Shown in pieces: positions 27,620-36,606 of a DNA stretch of 44,540 nt. The stretch lies in the IMG/VR virus record IMGVR_UViG_3300045988_177818, positions 1 through 44,540 of that record, one strand, 5' to 3'. The stretch comes from a virus. Both the position numbers and the translations under genes were made by a program. Numbering within the stretch: position 1 is the stretch's first letter; every line of letters begins with the position of its first letter. The notes beneath the pieces were generated by a model. The model was not told the origin of the DNA and did no database searches. It was given only the letters and a program-made list of their open reading frames with translations.

Positions 27620-27835
27620 CTATTTAAGAATTTTACGCTGCCTATTCTTAAAGAATTCTTCTTCAGACACCTCTTGCAGAACCTCACCGAACACTGTATG
27701 AAGTTTATCCTTTTGCATGATTATTAGATTTCGATATGGTATTTCATAGACCACTTCTTTGTAAGACAAATGCAGATTTTCCATGAATGTTGCAATTTGT
27801 CCGAGAAGACAGGAATTTCCTGCTACTTCTGTTTT
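27620..27835 (-). CDS. T extension of the tail assembly chaperone, reached by a -1 frameshift (G-T fusion of about 192 aa)
   Basis: The -1 frame is open for 70 codons from the slip site (plus-strand gtttt 27831-27835) to TAG at 27620-27622. I checked this codon by codon. Confidence 0.6.
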   Translation of the reverse strand, partial: KTEVAGNSCLLGQIATFMENLHLSYKEVVYEIPYRNLIIMQKDKLHTVFGEVLQEVSEEEFFKNRQRKILK

Positions 27836-28200
27836 GCTGTCAGGTTTCGCACATTCTTCGCTAAAACTGACAGCTTGTAAAAATTTTCAGCAGATATTAA
27901 AGATAAGGCAACTTCCAAACCTTGTACAATTTCATCAAACGTACCCTTTCTTAGTTCTTCAAAAAGGCTATCGTCACCTTTCACAAACCAAGATAACGCA
28001 TGTGCCGCATTATCCATGTCTTTCAATGACGAAAGTACGTCATGAAACGTATTACATTCAGGAAACTCCGCTAAATAACATCCCGCACCGGCAATCTTAT
28101 GGATAGTGGGTGGTGATATGACATACGACTTATTATTAATGACAATTGTTTTAAAGTCAGCACCGATAATAGAACTGTTTACTATTTTTGCAGCATTCAT
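27823..28200 (-). CDS. Tail assembly chaperone (G)
   Basis: 125 aa between the major tail and tape measure genes. An A-AAA-C slippery site lies 3 codons before the stop. Confidence 0.7.
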   Translation of the reverse strand: MNAAKIVNSSIIGADFKTIVINNKSYVISPPTIHKIAGAGCYLAEFPECNTFHDVLSSLKDMDNAAHALSWFVKGDDSLFEELRKGTFDEIVQGLEVALSLISAENFYKLSVLAKNVRNLTAKQK

Positions 28201-28262
28201 ATAGGAATAATTAAATAGGGATGCAATCGTTTTTACACCCCTATATTCAACTTTTTTACATC

Positions 28263-28856
28263 TTAGATAGTCTTACTTTTGGAAGAAAGAGTTTCTCCTG
28301 AATAGGAAGCCATAGATGCCTCAGAAGCGGAATCAACCGCATCTCCATCAAACCAATACTCATCAGCTACACCTTCCGCTTCGTTATCCATTGCCACAGC
28401 AGAAACGCCCAAACCGATATTTTTCTCTACCATGTTCGATTTTCCTACAATACCAGCGTTGGTAAAAACAACATAATTACCTGTTTTCACACGTCCTACT
28501 ACAGCCTTATAAACAAGTTCCGGTGTTTCAGGAGCTTCCCAACCAACCTCTTTTTCGGATTCTTTTATAACCTTGCCACCCTGAAGTTCAACTTTATCCT
28601 TAAAAGAATAGGCGCCCATCGTGAAAGCAATAGTTTTTGCTCCTTCGTCTGTCATATCACGATAATAAGGCTTTCCTGTAAGTTCATTGATGTAATCAGT
28701 AATAGTCGGGTCATCTTGAGTATACCCCCACGTGTCTTGGTGGGAATTTTTCACTTCGGTAGCAGTAGCCAACCATGTCTTCAGTTTTGCGGCGGTCAAT
28801 GCTTCGGTAATTACCGGCCCGTACCAAATCTGTTTAATTCCAATAAATGGTTTCAT
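28263..28856 (-). CDS. Major tail protein
   Basis: 197 aa, upstream of the chaperone pair. No sheath gene is present. Confidence 0.7.
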   Translation of the reverse strand: MKPFIGIKQIWYGPVITEALTAAKLKTWLATATEVKNSHQDTWGYTQDDPTITDYINELTGKPYYRDMTDEGAKTIAFTMGAYSFKDKVELQGGKVIKESEKEVGWEAPETPELVYKAVVGRVKTGNYVVFTNAGIVGKSNMVEKNIGLGVSAVAMDNEAEGVADEYWFDGDAVDSASEASMASYSGETLSSKSKTI

Positions 28857-28862
28857 ATTTTT

Positions 28863-29255
28863 TCAATTTATGTTTAACACTTCAAATAATAATTTCACAT
28901 TAACAAAATGACAATTTAAATCTGTATCTTCCTCTATCCCATGACTTTCAACAGAATACTGATACCATGAACCCTTGTAATATCCTACGGAATCCAAAGC
29001 CTCAACAGCCAAACGTTCAAGTTCGTTAAGCCTTTTTAGATTGGCATTCTGCTTATAATCCGGAACACAGAAATTAACTTCAATAAATCCTCTGTTCCAA
29101 TAGGTATCAGATGTTTGGCGCTTAGAAAGAACAACAACACGCTCCGTATCTACTTTCTTTTTAGGGAAAGACCAGCTACGATATAAAGGCAGACCAAAAG
29201 CTTTGCAATCATTATATACTATGATACCGGCATCTGATGATGTAATCATATCCAA
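28863..29255 (-). CDS. Tail terminator / tail completion protein
   Basis: Assigned by position in the connector gene string. Confidence 0.5.
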   Translation of the reverse strand: MDMITSSDAGIIVYNDCKAFGLPLYRSWSFPKKKVDTERVVVLSKRQTSDTYWNRGFIEVNFCVPDYKQNANLKRLNELERLAVEALDSVGYYKGSWYQYSVESHGIEEDTDLNCHFVNVKLLFEVLNIN

Positions 29256-29572
29256 ACCTCCGAATAATTAAAATAATTACAGCTCTTAGGGTTGCGTGCG
29301 ATACCTTCCGCTTTCACTGTCTCTCCAAACAAGCAGCGAATATTGCTACCTTCTTTTAAGCCACGACCTTCATAGACTATATGATAATGCGACATATACA
29401 TATCTCCATTGTCTGACTTTAGTTCTTGGGTGTTATCATCGTCGCACCGGCAAACACCTATAGTTTCCCACGTATTATTTTCCGGCTTTACAATAACTTG
29501 TCCGTTAGAGTCATACTTAGGTTCTTCTTCTGCTAATACTTGTAATATGTGAGGAGAAAAATACATTACCAT
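29246..29572 (-). CDS. Head closure / head-tail adaptor protein
   Basis: Assigned by position; overlapping gene ends. Confidence 0.5.
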   Translation of the reverse strand: MVMYFSPHILQVLAEEEPKYDSNGQVIVKPENNTWETIGVCRCDDDNTQELKSDNGDMYMSHYHIVYEGRGLKEGSNIRCLFGETVKAEGIARNPKSCNYFNYSEVWI

Positions 29573-29904
29573 ATATCAGATACATCTTTAATCACACTCA
29601 GACCGACAATTACAGCAGTTTCCTCATTCAAGTCTATGCCATATTTCTTCAACAGAAGTTTAATATGCGTCTTAATTGAATCAACGCTCCAGGATGCAGA
29701 AAATCCACTTTCATCAACCGAGGTAGGATGGAGAATGTTTTTCTCAATAAAACCATCAATTAATGTTCCTATCAACTTTTTGTCCTCAGTAGAAGCTTCC
29801 TTATCTGCATTAAACCCAAAATCTAATGCAAAATCAGAAGCTCCTACATCGGACATCTCACCGATGTAGGAAAATCTCTGCTTTATGTAGCCTGCAATTG
29901 TCAT
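29566..29904 (-). CDS. Head-tail connector protein
   Basis: It lies immediately downstream of the capsid gene, with an overlapping stop/start. Confidence 0.5.
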   Translation of the reverse strand: MTIAGYIKQRFSYIGEMSDVGASDFALDFGFNADKEASTEDKKLIGTLIDGFIEKNILHPTSVDESGFSASWSVDSIKTHIKLLLKKYGIDLNEETAVIVGLSVIKDVSDIW

Positions 29905-31010
29905 TATGCTTCTACTGTCAATGAATAGATACCGTTAATCTCAGTAATGATAGGTAGTGACAACGACTGCGCCTTTGTGAACTCAACTCCATTGGAATTG
30001 TCCGTTTCACCCTTACCCCACTGGGAAATTCGAATTCTTCCATAATTGGAATAGGTTACACCAGGTTCTTGTCTCAATTCATTGTCTGCATAGGCATTTT
30101 TGATAACCCCTAACTTTCCAGCTGGGACAAATACCAAGTTCTTGTCATTCCAGGGGGAATACTCACTTAATGTTCCGTTGTTTTGAATCCGGGTGGTACG
30201 TCTGATGGATTCAAAGATAGGAAAGCCATTCTGACGCATGAACTCGTTCATATTTGACATCAACAGCGGAGTAGAAGATTTATCTGTACCAAAAACAACC
30301 TGTTTCATCTTCTTATTTCTAAGAATATATGACAAGCGTTTGGGAGAGAGAAGAATTTTATCAAATGTCACCTTCTCTTGAGAGGCGTCCAATATCATTT
30401 GAATGTCCTCAAAACAGTCCACATTGTTTTGATTATCGTCATTCCAATTCAAAGTTACCGATGCTATATTCTCAGCAGGCATTTTGTGGTCTATAACGCC
30501 ACGGACGCCACCCTCTGGATTGTTTTTCTCATCAAATGTAAAAACTCCTTTGTTAGACAAGGCGCCCAAGAATATAATATCCAGTTTAGACTGAACAGAA
30601 TTTACAACTTTTCTGACATTTTTCCACATCAGATTAATGAGTTGTTGCGTTTTCTGCTCATCCGTCAGCATACGAGAATCAAGTATTTGAAGGACTTTTC
30701 TGTATTCTTCAATCGGCATAGGATAACTCATCTGATGGGTCAGCACTTTTTGCTTTAATGTTTCCAAGCCGTCCGTTCCCATAATAGGCTCTTTCCCCTT
30801 AGAATCTAAAGTCGCAGCAGCCACACTCAAATTGTACTGCCCAATCAATTCTTCAAAGTTCAACCCAATCGTAGGAGTGTCCCAATCTAAATATCTTTCA
30901 TAGATATTTTGGTCGAAAAGTCTCTTACGTAACTCTGACGCCGTGTCAATACGAACTTGCACTTGTTTTGTAAGCTCGCCAAAAATAGAACTATAAAATA
31001 ATCCTGCCAT
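29904..31010 (-). CDS. Major capsid protein (lambda gpE-like)
   Basis: 368 aa, preceded by decoration and scaffold genes. The N-terminal sequence resembles the capsid-E family. Confidence 0.8.
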   Translation of the reverse strand: MAGLFYSSIFGELTKQVQVRIDTASELRKRLFDQNIYERYLDWDTPTIGLNFEELIGQYNLSVAAATLDSKGKEPIMGTDGLETLKQKVLTHQMSYPMPIEEYRKVLQILDSRMLTDEQKTQQLINLMWKNVRKVVNSVQSKLDIIFLGALSNKGVFTFDEKNNPEGGVRGVIDHKMPAENIASVTLNWNDDNQNNVDCFEDIQMILDASQEKVTFDKILLSPKRLSYILRNKKMKQVVFGTDKSSTPLLMSNMNEFMRQNGFPIFESIRRTTRIQNNGTLSEYSPWNDKNLVFVPAGKLGVIKNAYADNELRQEPGVTYSNYGRIRISQWGKGETDNSNGVEFTKAQSLSLPIITEINGIYSLTVEA

Positions 31011-31013
31011 AAC

Positions 31014-31580
31014 TTATTGTCTTACATATTTAATACTTGGATTATTCTTCATACACCATCCGCCGAGCAACCATTCATCCGGCATGGGATAAGCAACATC
31101 TTTAAGAATAATCACATCATAACCCGCTGAAACGGTCTGAAAACTCATATTGGTTTTATACTCGTAATCCGTCTCTACCACAGCGTTTGGTTCACTACCA
31201 GCGACAACTGCAAAAGCATCCTTAGTGGCTCCGGTTAAAGCGGCAGCAAGGGTCAATACGTCGTAATCGGAGTTGGAATTATCAATAGCAGTAATTTCTT
31301 GTTTATTCTCTCCGATTGTAAGTTCATCTCCAATTTGCACAAGACTTCCCTTTTCAACTCGAGGAGCAGCAGTTGTCCCACCAGCTATTATCTTCACAGC
31401 TTTACAAACCGCACATTCCATTTTCGAGAAATCTAATGCAATAGGGGTTCCTTTGCGAATCAACGTTCCCTCAGGAAAGGTTTGCTTGATTCTAAAATCA
31501 CCGGGAAGCGTTTTACACTCGCCCCGCCAAAAAACGGGGAAGTTCCCTTTTACTTTTCCTTTTTCAAATACAATAGCCAT
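31014..31580 (-). CDS. Head decoration protein (putative)
   Basis: I chose the ATG at 31580 (MAIVFEKGK...). The longer track ORF would overlap the scaffold gene. Confidence 0.55.
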   Translation of the reverse strand: MAIVFEKGKVKGNFPVFWRGECKTLPGDFRIKQTFPEGTLIRKGTPIALDFSKMECAVCKAVKIIAGGTTAAPRVEKGSLVQIGDELTIGENKQEITAIDNSNSDYDVLTLAAALTGATKDAFAVVAGSEPNAVVETDYEYKTNMSFQTVSAGYDVIILKDVAYPMPDEWLLGGWCMKNNPSIKYVRQ

Positions 31581-31590
31581 AACTTTAGTT

Positions 31591-32211
31591 TTAATTAGCG
31601 TCCGGCAAACTTTCCGCCCATTCTTTAGCCAGTTCTTTGCCCTGGTCTTCTGGCGTAGACAAGGAGAATGCCGAACCTTTATCCTCCAAGCCTTTTGCGA
31701 CCTCATTTTGTCTCACTTTAGAAAGATAGTTTGTAATCGCCGCCTCATCCATATCGTCAGAGATAGCAAAACCTTCTTCTATTCTCTCCTTTGAGATTTT
31801 GAGTTCTTTTGCTTTTAAAAGAATCAGATTGTTTCTTGCGGTACGTGCCTGCTCTGCTTTCGCATTTTGATTTTCAGTCATGAGCTCGCTAATTCTTTTT
31901 TCCTGCTCTTGTTTGTACCTTGTAAACCACTCTGGCTCCTCGTTAGCAGGTTGCTGTTGGTTGCCCCCACTACCCTTTGCTTTCAAATCTTCCAATTCCT
32001 TCTTGTAGGTAGCGCCTTCCGTACGCAGCCTATCAAAGTTACTTTGGTAAGATTTCAGCATTGATTCCTGCCCCTTAATTATAGTTGCAAGATTATCATC
32101 GGTTATTAACCCCATAGCATCAAGCGAGGATGCTACCGATTGAAGAATTTCATCAGACAAACCCAGTTTTGAGAAATCCTGTTTAAGCTGATTAAATATT
32201 TTTTCTTTCAT
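31591..32211 (-). CDS. Scaffolding protein
   Basis: 206 aa, highly charged and helical, lying between the portal and capsid genes. Confidence 0.7.
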   Translation of the reverse strand: MKEKIFNQLKQDFSKLGLSDEILQSVASSLDAMGLITDDNLATIIKGQESMLKSYQSNFDRLRTEGATYKKELEDLKAKGSGGNQQQPANEEPEWFTRYKQEQEKRISELMTENQNAKAEQARTARNNLILLKAKELKISKERIEEGFAISDDMDEAAITNYLSKVRQNEVAKGLEDKGSAFSLSTPEDQGKELAKEWAESLPDAN

Positions 32212-32234
32212 ACTTAATTATTTTAAATTCAGGA

Positions 32235-32308
32235 TAAAAGTAGAGATTAGTAATAGATAGAGGAAATTTATAAAGGCTCCAAAACAAACAATTGGCAAAA
32301 GGTTTGTT
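32235..32308 (-). promoter_or_regulatory. Late promoter 2: dyad 32283-32308 plus 40-nt spacer plus -7 box TActTTTA (32235-32242)
   Basis: aacaaacaattggcaaaaggtttgtt. It lies directly downstream of the portal terminator. Confidence 0.65.
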
Positions 32309-32315
32309 ATTTTAT

Positions 32316-32345
32316 AAAAAAAGGGGATATTATTCCCCTTTTTCT
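32316..32345 (-). terminator. Intrinsic terminator after the portal gene
   Basis: Minus-sense AAAAAGGGGA-AUAAUA-UCCCCUUUUUUU, overlapping the portal stop codon. Confidence 0.6.
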
Positions 32346-33724
32346 CTATTCATAACTTGACGTTCATCCAATATTCGTTTAATTTCTTCCTGCCGGTTAT
32401 CGGCAATCGCAAGCATATTAACCGCTTGTTCAAGTGAAATAATACCATCTTGATAAGCCTTTCCCACTGCTGCCCACTTTCCTTGAACATCCTCATTAAA
32501 CGGCTCAGCAAATTCATGTTCGATACTCAATTTTTCTATCTTTTTTCTAAGATGAATATGGGTTACATTCATCATAATGGCAAGAATAAGATTCTTTTCT
32601 CTGTCAACCAATATATCATATATTTCCTTTAAATTATCCCTCTTAATGAATCCCAATATCATAGCCCGTTTCAATGCTTCTCCCGACAAAGTACCCGACC
32701 CCTTCATGTTTTCAAAAGAAAAATCAGGAGTAAATGAATCGAAAAGAATTGAAGAATTCAAATCTATCTTTTCACTCTCTTTCATGGAAGAGTATTCAGG
32801 TGGGGTCATATAATCAATCAGACTATTTTCCTTATTTGTCAGTTGGATAACCTGACCTACAGTATCAGGGTCAGCCAAAGATTTAATAACATCTGTAGTG
32901 GCCTTTATCTTAGGGTCAGCAAAATAGTTATTGGTATCAGCAGCTTTGGAATCAATCATTTCTTCCCGATCGCATCTTCTTTCAGTGCCTGCCCACGCTT
33001 TATCTTGGCGATAATAAATTACATTAATTTTGCCTGTAGGATTTTCAACCGGGGTTACATCCCATCCGATATTAGCCCGCTTGCATCGATATATAAAATT
33101 TGGAGTTTGTATATCAAAATGTTCTATTGTTCTATCTCCCTCTTTTAAAAAGTAACCATAACCAAAAGCTATCATGTTTTCATATTGGTCAAACAAAGGT
33201 CTCAGGGTATAACCTTTTGATTTGGATATAACGAGCACCTTTACGGCGGGCTTTCCACCATCATTATAAATATGATACACTTTAGCACTTTCGGTTTCAG
33301 CCCCCGCCAATCTTTTAGCTTGCCGCATGGTAGTATTAAATCTTGTATCTTTTAAAAACTGCATATAAGCACCAAAAGCTTCATCCTTACCCTCTATGTC
33401 CAAAGAAGGCTTCCATGATATAGGATTTCCCAACAAAAAGAACAACTCCACCTCATTTATGTACACTTGTCTACGTCGGGGAAGTTTTTCAACTTTATAG
33501 GGCTGTCTGTTCTTTCTCGGCTTATCAGGGCGTTTCATTACATCATGGGTTTCCGGATTATATTCCTTTATAGCATCAGATACACATATATCTCGATTTT
33601 GCATAACAGATTGTACGCGGGAAATATCTTTATTTTGAATAAGTTTCATCAAATCTCGTTCAACCCCTACAGCGTTTAGGGTCTTGTTACGGATAACATT
33701 GAATATTGCTTCTATAAAACTCAT
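32330..33724 (-). CDS. Portal protein
   Basis: 464 aa, immediately downstream of terL. Confidence 0.85.
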   Translation of the reverse strand: MSFIEAIFNVIRNKTLNAVGVERDLMKLIQNKDISRVQSVMQNRDICVSDAIKEYNPETHDVMKRPDKPRKNRQPYKVEKLPRRRQVYINEVELFFLLGNPISWKPSLDIEGKDEAFGAYMQFLKDTRFNTTMRQAKRLAGAETESAKVYHIYNDGGKPAVKVLVISKSKGYTLRPLFDQYENMIAFGYGYFLKEGDRTIEHFDIQTPNFIYRCKRANIGWDVTPVENPTGKINVIYYRQDKAWAGTERRCDREEMIDSKAADTNNYFADPKIKATTDVIKSLADPDTVGQVIQLTNKENSLIDYMTPPEYSSMKESEKIDLNSSILFDSFTPDFSFENMKGSGTLSGEALKRAMILGFIKRDNLKEIYDILVDREKNLILAIMMNVTHIHLRKKIEKLSIEHEFAEPFNEDVQGKWAAVGKAYQDGIISLEQAVNMLAIADNRQEEIKRILDERQVMNREKGE

Positions 33725-33734
33725 ATCATCAATT

Positions 33735-34916
33735 TTAATATAGTCCTAAATCTTCTTTATCATATTGCTTGGGAATCAAAACCTTTCCCATTATCTTACC
33801 AATCGTCCAATAACGGGCAGCGTCAACCAGATGGTTATAGGCATCAATAGGCGCATTTATAAACTTACCGTCTTTATTTTGTTCATATACATAATTTTTC
33901 AGTTCTTTAATGAGATTGACAGAATGTTTAGTCACACAAAGTTTATATTCCATCATCTTAAACAGGCCGCCCATAACTGAGCCTTTATATTTATCCGCTG
34001 GATAAATCACAATACCGGCATTGGATATTTCTTGAATAAGTCTTGGGTCTGCACTATCTGCATATACGAATAAACCTAATGGCTTCAACACATCTATTAT
34101 TTCACTTGTCAGCATGTGGGTTTGATAACACAATTCATCAAGATACATGCAATTATCTACTATACCACATCTTACCACCGCCGTAGGGTCAGCGCTATAC
34201 CCAAAGTCCAATCCAGCTCCAACATGTTTAGCGTAAGTAGGAAATTCATCCACAATTTCAAAATCCGGAAACACAAGTCCTTCTGCCATAGCTTGCAATC
34301 CCAAGCCGTACACGGCCCATAATACTTTGTTCTTATACTGAAGAGATTCTATCTCGTCTATAATAGTTTGCTCCAAAAAAGGATTATCCTTATAAGTAGA
34401 GATGAAATGAAAAGTCCGCGAATCTTTATTCAATTCACATAGCCAATGCTCGTCTGAAAAAGATGGATTATAATCTATAACTGAAAAATCAGTAGTACGC
34501 ATCACCAGTTGCTGCCATTCGAGGAAGGATATTTCATTGCCTTCATTACAATACAGAATATTACGCTTTCTTCCTCGTATCTTTTGCTCATCGTCGGTTG
34601 AGAAAAATTCACAGAACGAACCATTAGGAAACGTGTATACCATATCAGATTTATTCATGCAACGGTTATCCCACATTCGGAATTTATCTTGCATTATCTC
34701 CTTAAAATCTCGGAATACAGACCCCTTTAACGATGGCAGCGTCTTGCGCACAACAGAAAGAGAGGTCTTGGGATGCTGAAGTATATATACTAAAAGATAT
34801 ATCAATATATTATACGTCTTAGAACTTCTTGAACTTCCTTGCGCAGATACAACCTTATATCCAGATTTTATCGCACTATCAACAGTAGCATATATTTTAG
34901 TAGTTTGTATCAGCAT
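33735..34916 (-). CDS. terL: Terminase large subunit
   Basis: 393 aa. Walker-A-like AQGSSRSSKT and a C-terminal nuclease-like region with acidic residues. Overlaps terS. Confidence 0.85.
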   Translation of the reverse strand: MLIQTTKIYATVDSAIKSGYKVVSAQGSSRSSKTYNILIYLLVYILQHPKTSLSVVRKTLPSLKGSVFRDFKEIMQDKFRMWDNRCMNKSDMVYTFPNGSFCEFFSTDDEQKIRGRKRNILYCNEGNEISFLEWQQLVMRTTDFSVIDYNPSFSDEHWLCELNKDSRTFHFISTYKDNPFLEQTIIDEIESLQYKNKVLWAVYGLGLQAMAEGLVFPDFEIVDEFPTYAKHVGAGLDFGYSADPTAVVRCGIVDNCMYLDELCYQTHMLTSEIIDVLKPLGLFVYADSADPRLIQEISNAGIVIYPADKYKGSVMGGLFKMMEYKLCVTKHSVNLIKELKNYVYEQNKDGKFINAPIDAYNHLVDAARYWTIGKIMGKVLIPKQYDKEDLGLY

Positions 34917-35442
34917 CTACAACATCCCCCCTTTTATCTATTATCTGAATTGTTATAGAATCATTTTTGCCTTCCCCTATAATATCTTTCTGTTCAGATG
35001 CATCCCAACCCAACAATTTCGACAACTTCTCTATTGCATCAATCTTATTATATAGTTTTAGTTCATAACCTTTATCTGTACTCTTTACGGAAAGGATGGC
35101 TCTTTGAACGCCAATAGGCAAGGCAGATACATCCTTTACCACTATAGTAGTAAACATCTCATTAGACTTGATTTCAAGAGCATCAACGATATTCGCCCTT
35201 GCAATATCTGCCAAAATCCCGACTGCTTCATCTTTTGTAATATCTGACCGGCGTTGCATTTCAGAGCGCAACTCACTTATCCTTAGGGCTACCTTAGGGT
35301 TATTAGCCAATCTGGATGCTTCTACCCAAACCGTATTATCTGATTTTCCCTTGCATGAATAAGCGCGACGATAGGCGTCAGAAGCATTACCACTTTCGAC
35401 GTAATAATTACAAAAATTTTCTTGCTTAATTGAAAGGCTCAT
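34897..35442 (-). CDS. terS: Terminase small subunit
   Basis: SIKQENFCNYYVESGNASDAYRRAY is the typical N-terminus of P27-family small terminases. Confidence 0.8.
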   Translation of the reverse strand: MSLSIKQENFCNYYVESGNASDAYRRAYSCKGKSDNTVWVEASRLANNPKVALRISELRSEMQRRSDITKDEAVGILADIARANIVDALEIKSNEMFTTIVVKDVSALPIGVQRAILSVKSTDKGYELKLYNKIDAIEKLSKLLGWDASEQKDIIGEGKNDSITIQIIDKRGDVVDADTNY

Positions 35443-35467
35443 CCTATTATATTCTTTTTATAATTTT

Positions 35468-35541
35468 CAAAGATAGGACATAGTATAAAATGTGAGAAGC
35501 AAATGCCTCATCAATAACAAACAATCCGAGAAAGGTTCGTT
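35468..35541 (-). promoter_or_regulatory. Late promoter 1: dyad 35516-35541 plus 40-nt spacer plus -7 box TAtcTTTG (35468-35475)
   Basis: aacaaacaatccgagaaaggttcgtt. It lies 25 nt upstream of the terS ATG. Confidence 0.65.
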
Positions 35542-36004
35542 ATTTGATTATAAAACGTTTTAATCCATTTGAAACATCATCATTTTCCAATCGTTTCAGC
35601 ATTTCCTTGTAAATAATTTCAATGTCACTTCTAAAATATTTATATTGTTGATACAAAAAAAAGACATCGGCAATATTGTTTGATATAGTGCAAGGTTTTA
35701 CTTTTGGGAATACATGTTCAAGAGCTTTCCGAACTCCATTAGGTATACGCCCACCTGCTAATACACTTGGAACGAACAAAAAAAGTACAATAAATAAAAA
35801 CTCCTTTCTCTGAATTATTTCTTCACGAAGCGGAATATTCATAGTACGCACTATATTTTTAAACAGTTCATATATGTAGGGGATACACTCAAGATTAGTT
35901 AATATTGGACTTACTAATTCCGCCTCTCTTTCAGATAGCCTTGACTTTTGCTCACGAATATGTTTTAATTCCGAAATAGAAGAAAATTCCTTTGTTGCAT
36001 GCAT
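35540..36004 (-). CDS. Hypothetical 154-aa protein (candidate late-gene regulator)
   Basis: It is the first gene of the minus-strand arm, has its own consensus -7 box, and ends inside dyad 1. Confidence 0.6.
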   Translation of the reverse strand: MHATKEFSSISELKHIREQKSRLSEREAELVSPILTNLECIPYIYELFKNIVRTMNIPLREEIIQRKEFLFIVLFLFVPSVLAGGRIPNGVRKALEHVFPKVKPCTISNNIADVFFLYQQYKYFRSDIEIIYKEMLKRLENDDVSNGLKRFIIK

Positions 36005-36037
36005 AATAATAAGGCATTAGGTTATCATGAAGTACAA

Positions 36038-36045
36038 CAAAGATA
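36038..36045 (-). promoter_or_regulatory. -7 box TAtcTTTG (minus sense)
   Basis: It lies 33 nt upstream of the ATG at 36004. Confidence 0.4.
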
Positions 36046-36107
36046 ATACACTAATTACGAAAATAGATACAAAATGACAGTTATTACATTAATTATCAGC
36101 AATTTAG

Positions 36108-36143
36108 TTAATATATTAATTAATATTTTGATTAATATATTAA
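36108..36143. repeat. Two copies of the 12-bp palindrome TTAATATATTAA, 24 nt apart
   Basis: Copies at 36108-36119 and 36132-36143, in the AT-rich gap beside int. Confidence 0.6.
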
Positions 36144-36356
36144 TCTAACATTTAATCGCAATTAACACATAACACGCTAATTATTAACAGATTGTACATA
36201 ACTAATAAATACCTACTCCCTTAAAACAGTCGACTACAATAATATATAAATGATAGAAAGTTAAATATTAATAATAAGAGAAGTACGATTTTATATCAAT
36301 CTTATATTTGAAAAAATACAAGAGAACAATAAGGATTTTCCATATCCGGGAACCAA

Positions 36357-36376
36357 GTTGTGCAATTGTTGTGCAA
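36357..36376 (+). repeat. Direct repeat of the 9-mer GTTGTGCAA at 11-nt spacing
   Basis: Copies at 36357-36365 and 36368-36376. The same 9-mer recurs at 36563 and, inverted, at 36583. Confidence 0.7.
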
Positions 36377-36382
36377 CAAGAG

Positions 36383-36426
36383 TAAAATAAAAACGCTAAT
36401 CTCTTTGTTATAAGAAGATTAGCGTT
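36383..36426 (-). terminator. Intrinsic terminator on the minus strand
   Basis: 11-bp stem aacgctaatct/agattagcgtt. The minus-sense 3' side reads tttattttact. Confidence 0.6.
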
Positions 36427-36562
36427 TATCCGAGTACTCGAAGCGGAATATTTGTTATTCAACATTATGCAATCGTGTAAATCATAAATACCTATAACAC
36501 ATTTATAATACATAAATACATGTATCATAATGTTGCATTGAGTTTTATCAAGTTGCATATAT

Positions 36563-36591
36563 GTTGTGCAAAAACACTATATTTGCACAAC
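36563..36591 (+). promoter_or_regulatory. int promoter with an operator-like inverted repeat GTTGTGCAA-N11-TTGCACAAC enclosing the -7 box TAtaTTTG (36578-36585)
   Basis: Read directly. It lies 22 nt upstream of the int ATG. Confidence 0.55.
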
Positions 36592-36606
36592 CGATTAATT
36601 AAAACC

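Noticed and set aside
36520-36606. N-terminal extensions of track ORFs (integrase from 36520, amidase to 13517, decoration protein to 31706, HTH gene to 10567, ATPase from 612)
   Set aside because: The extensions overlap promoters or upstream genes and look non-protein-like. Internal ATGs give typical family N-termini and tight gene packing.
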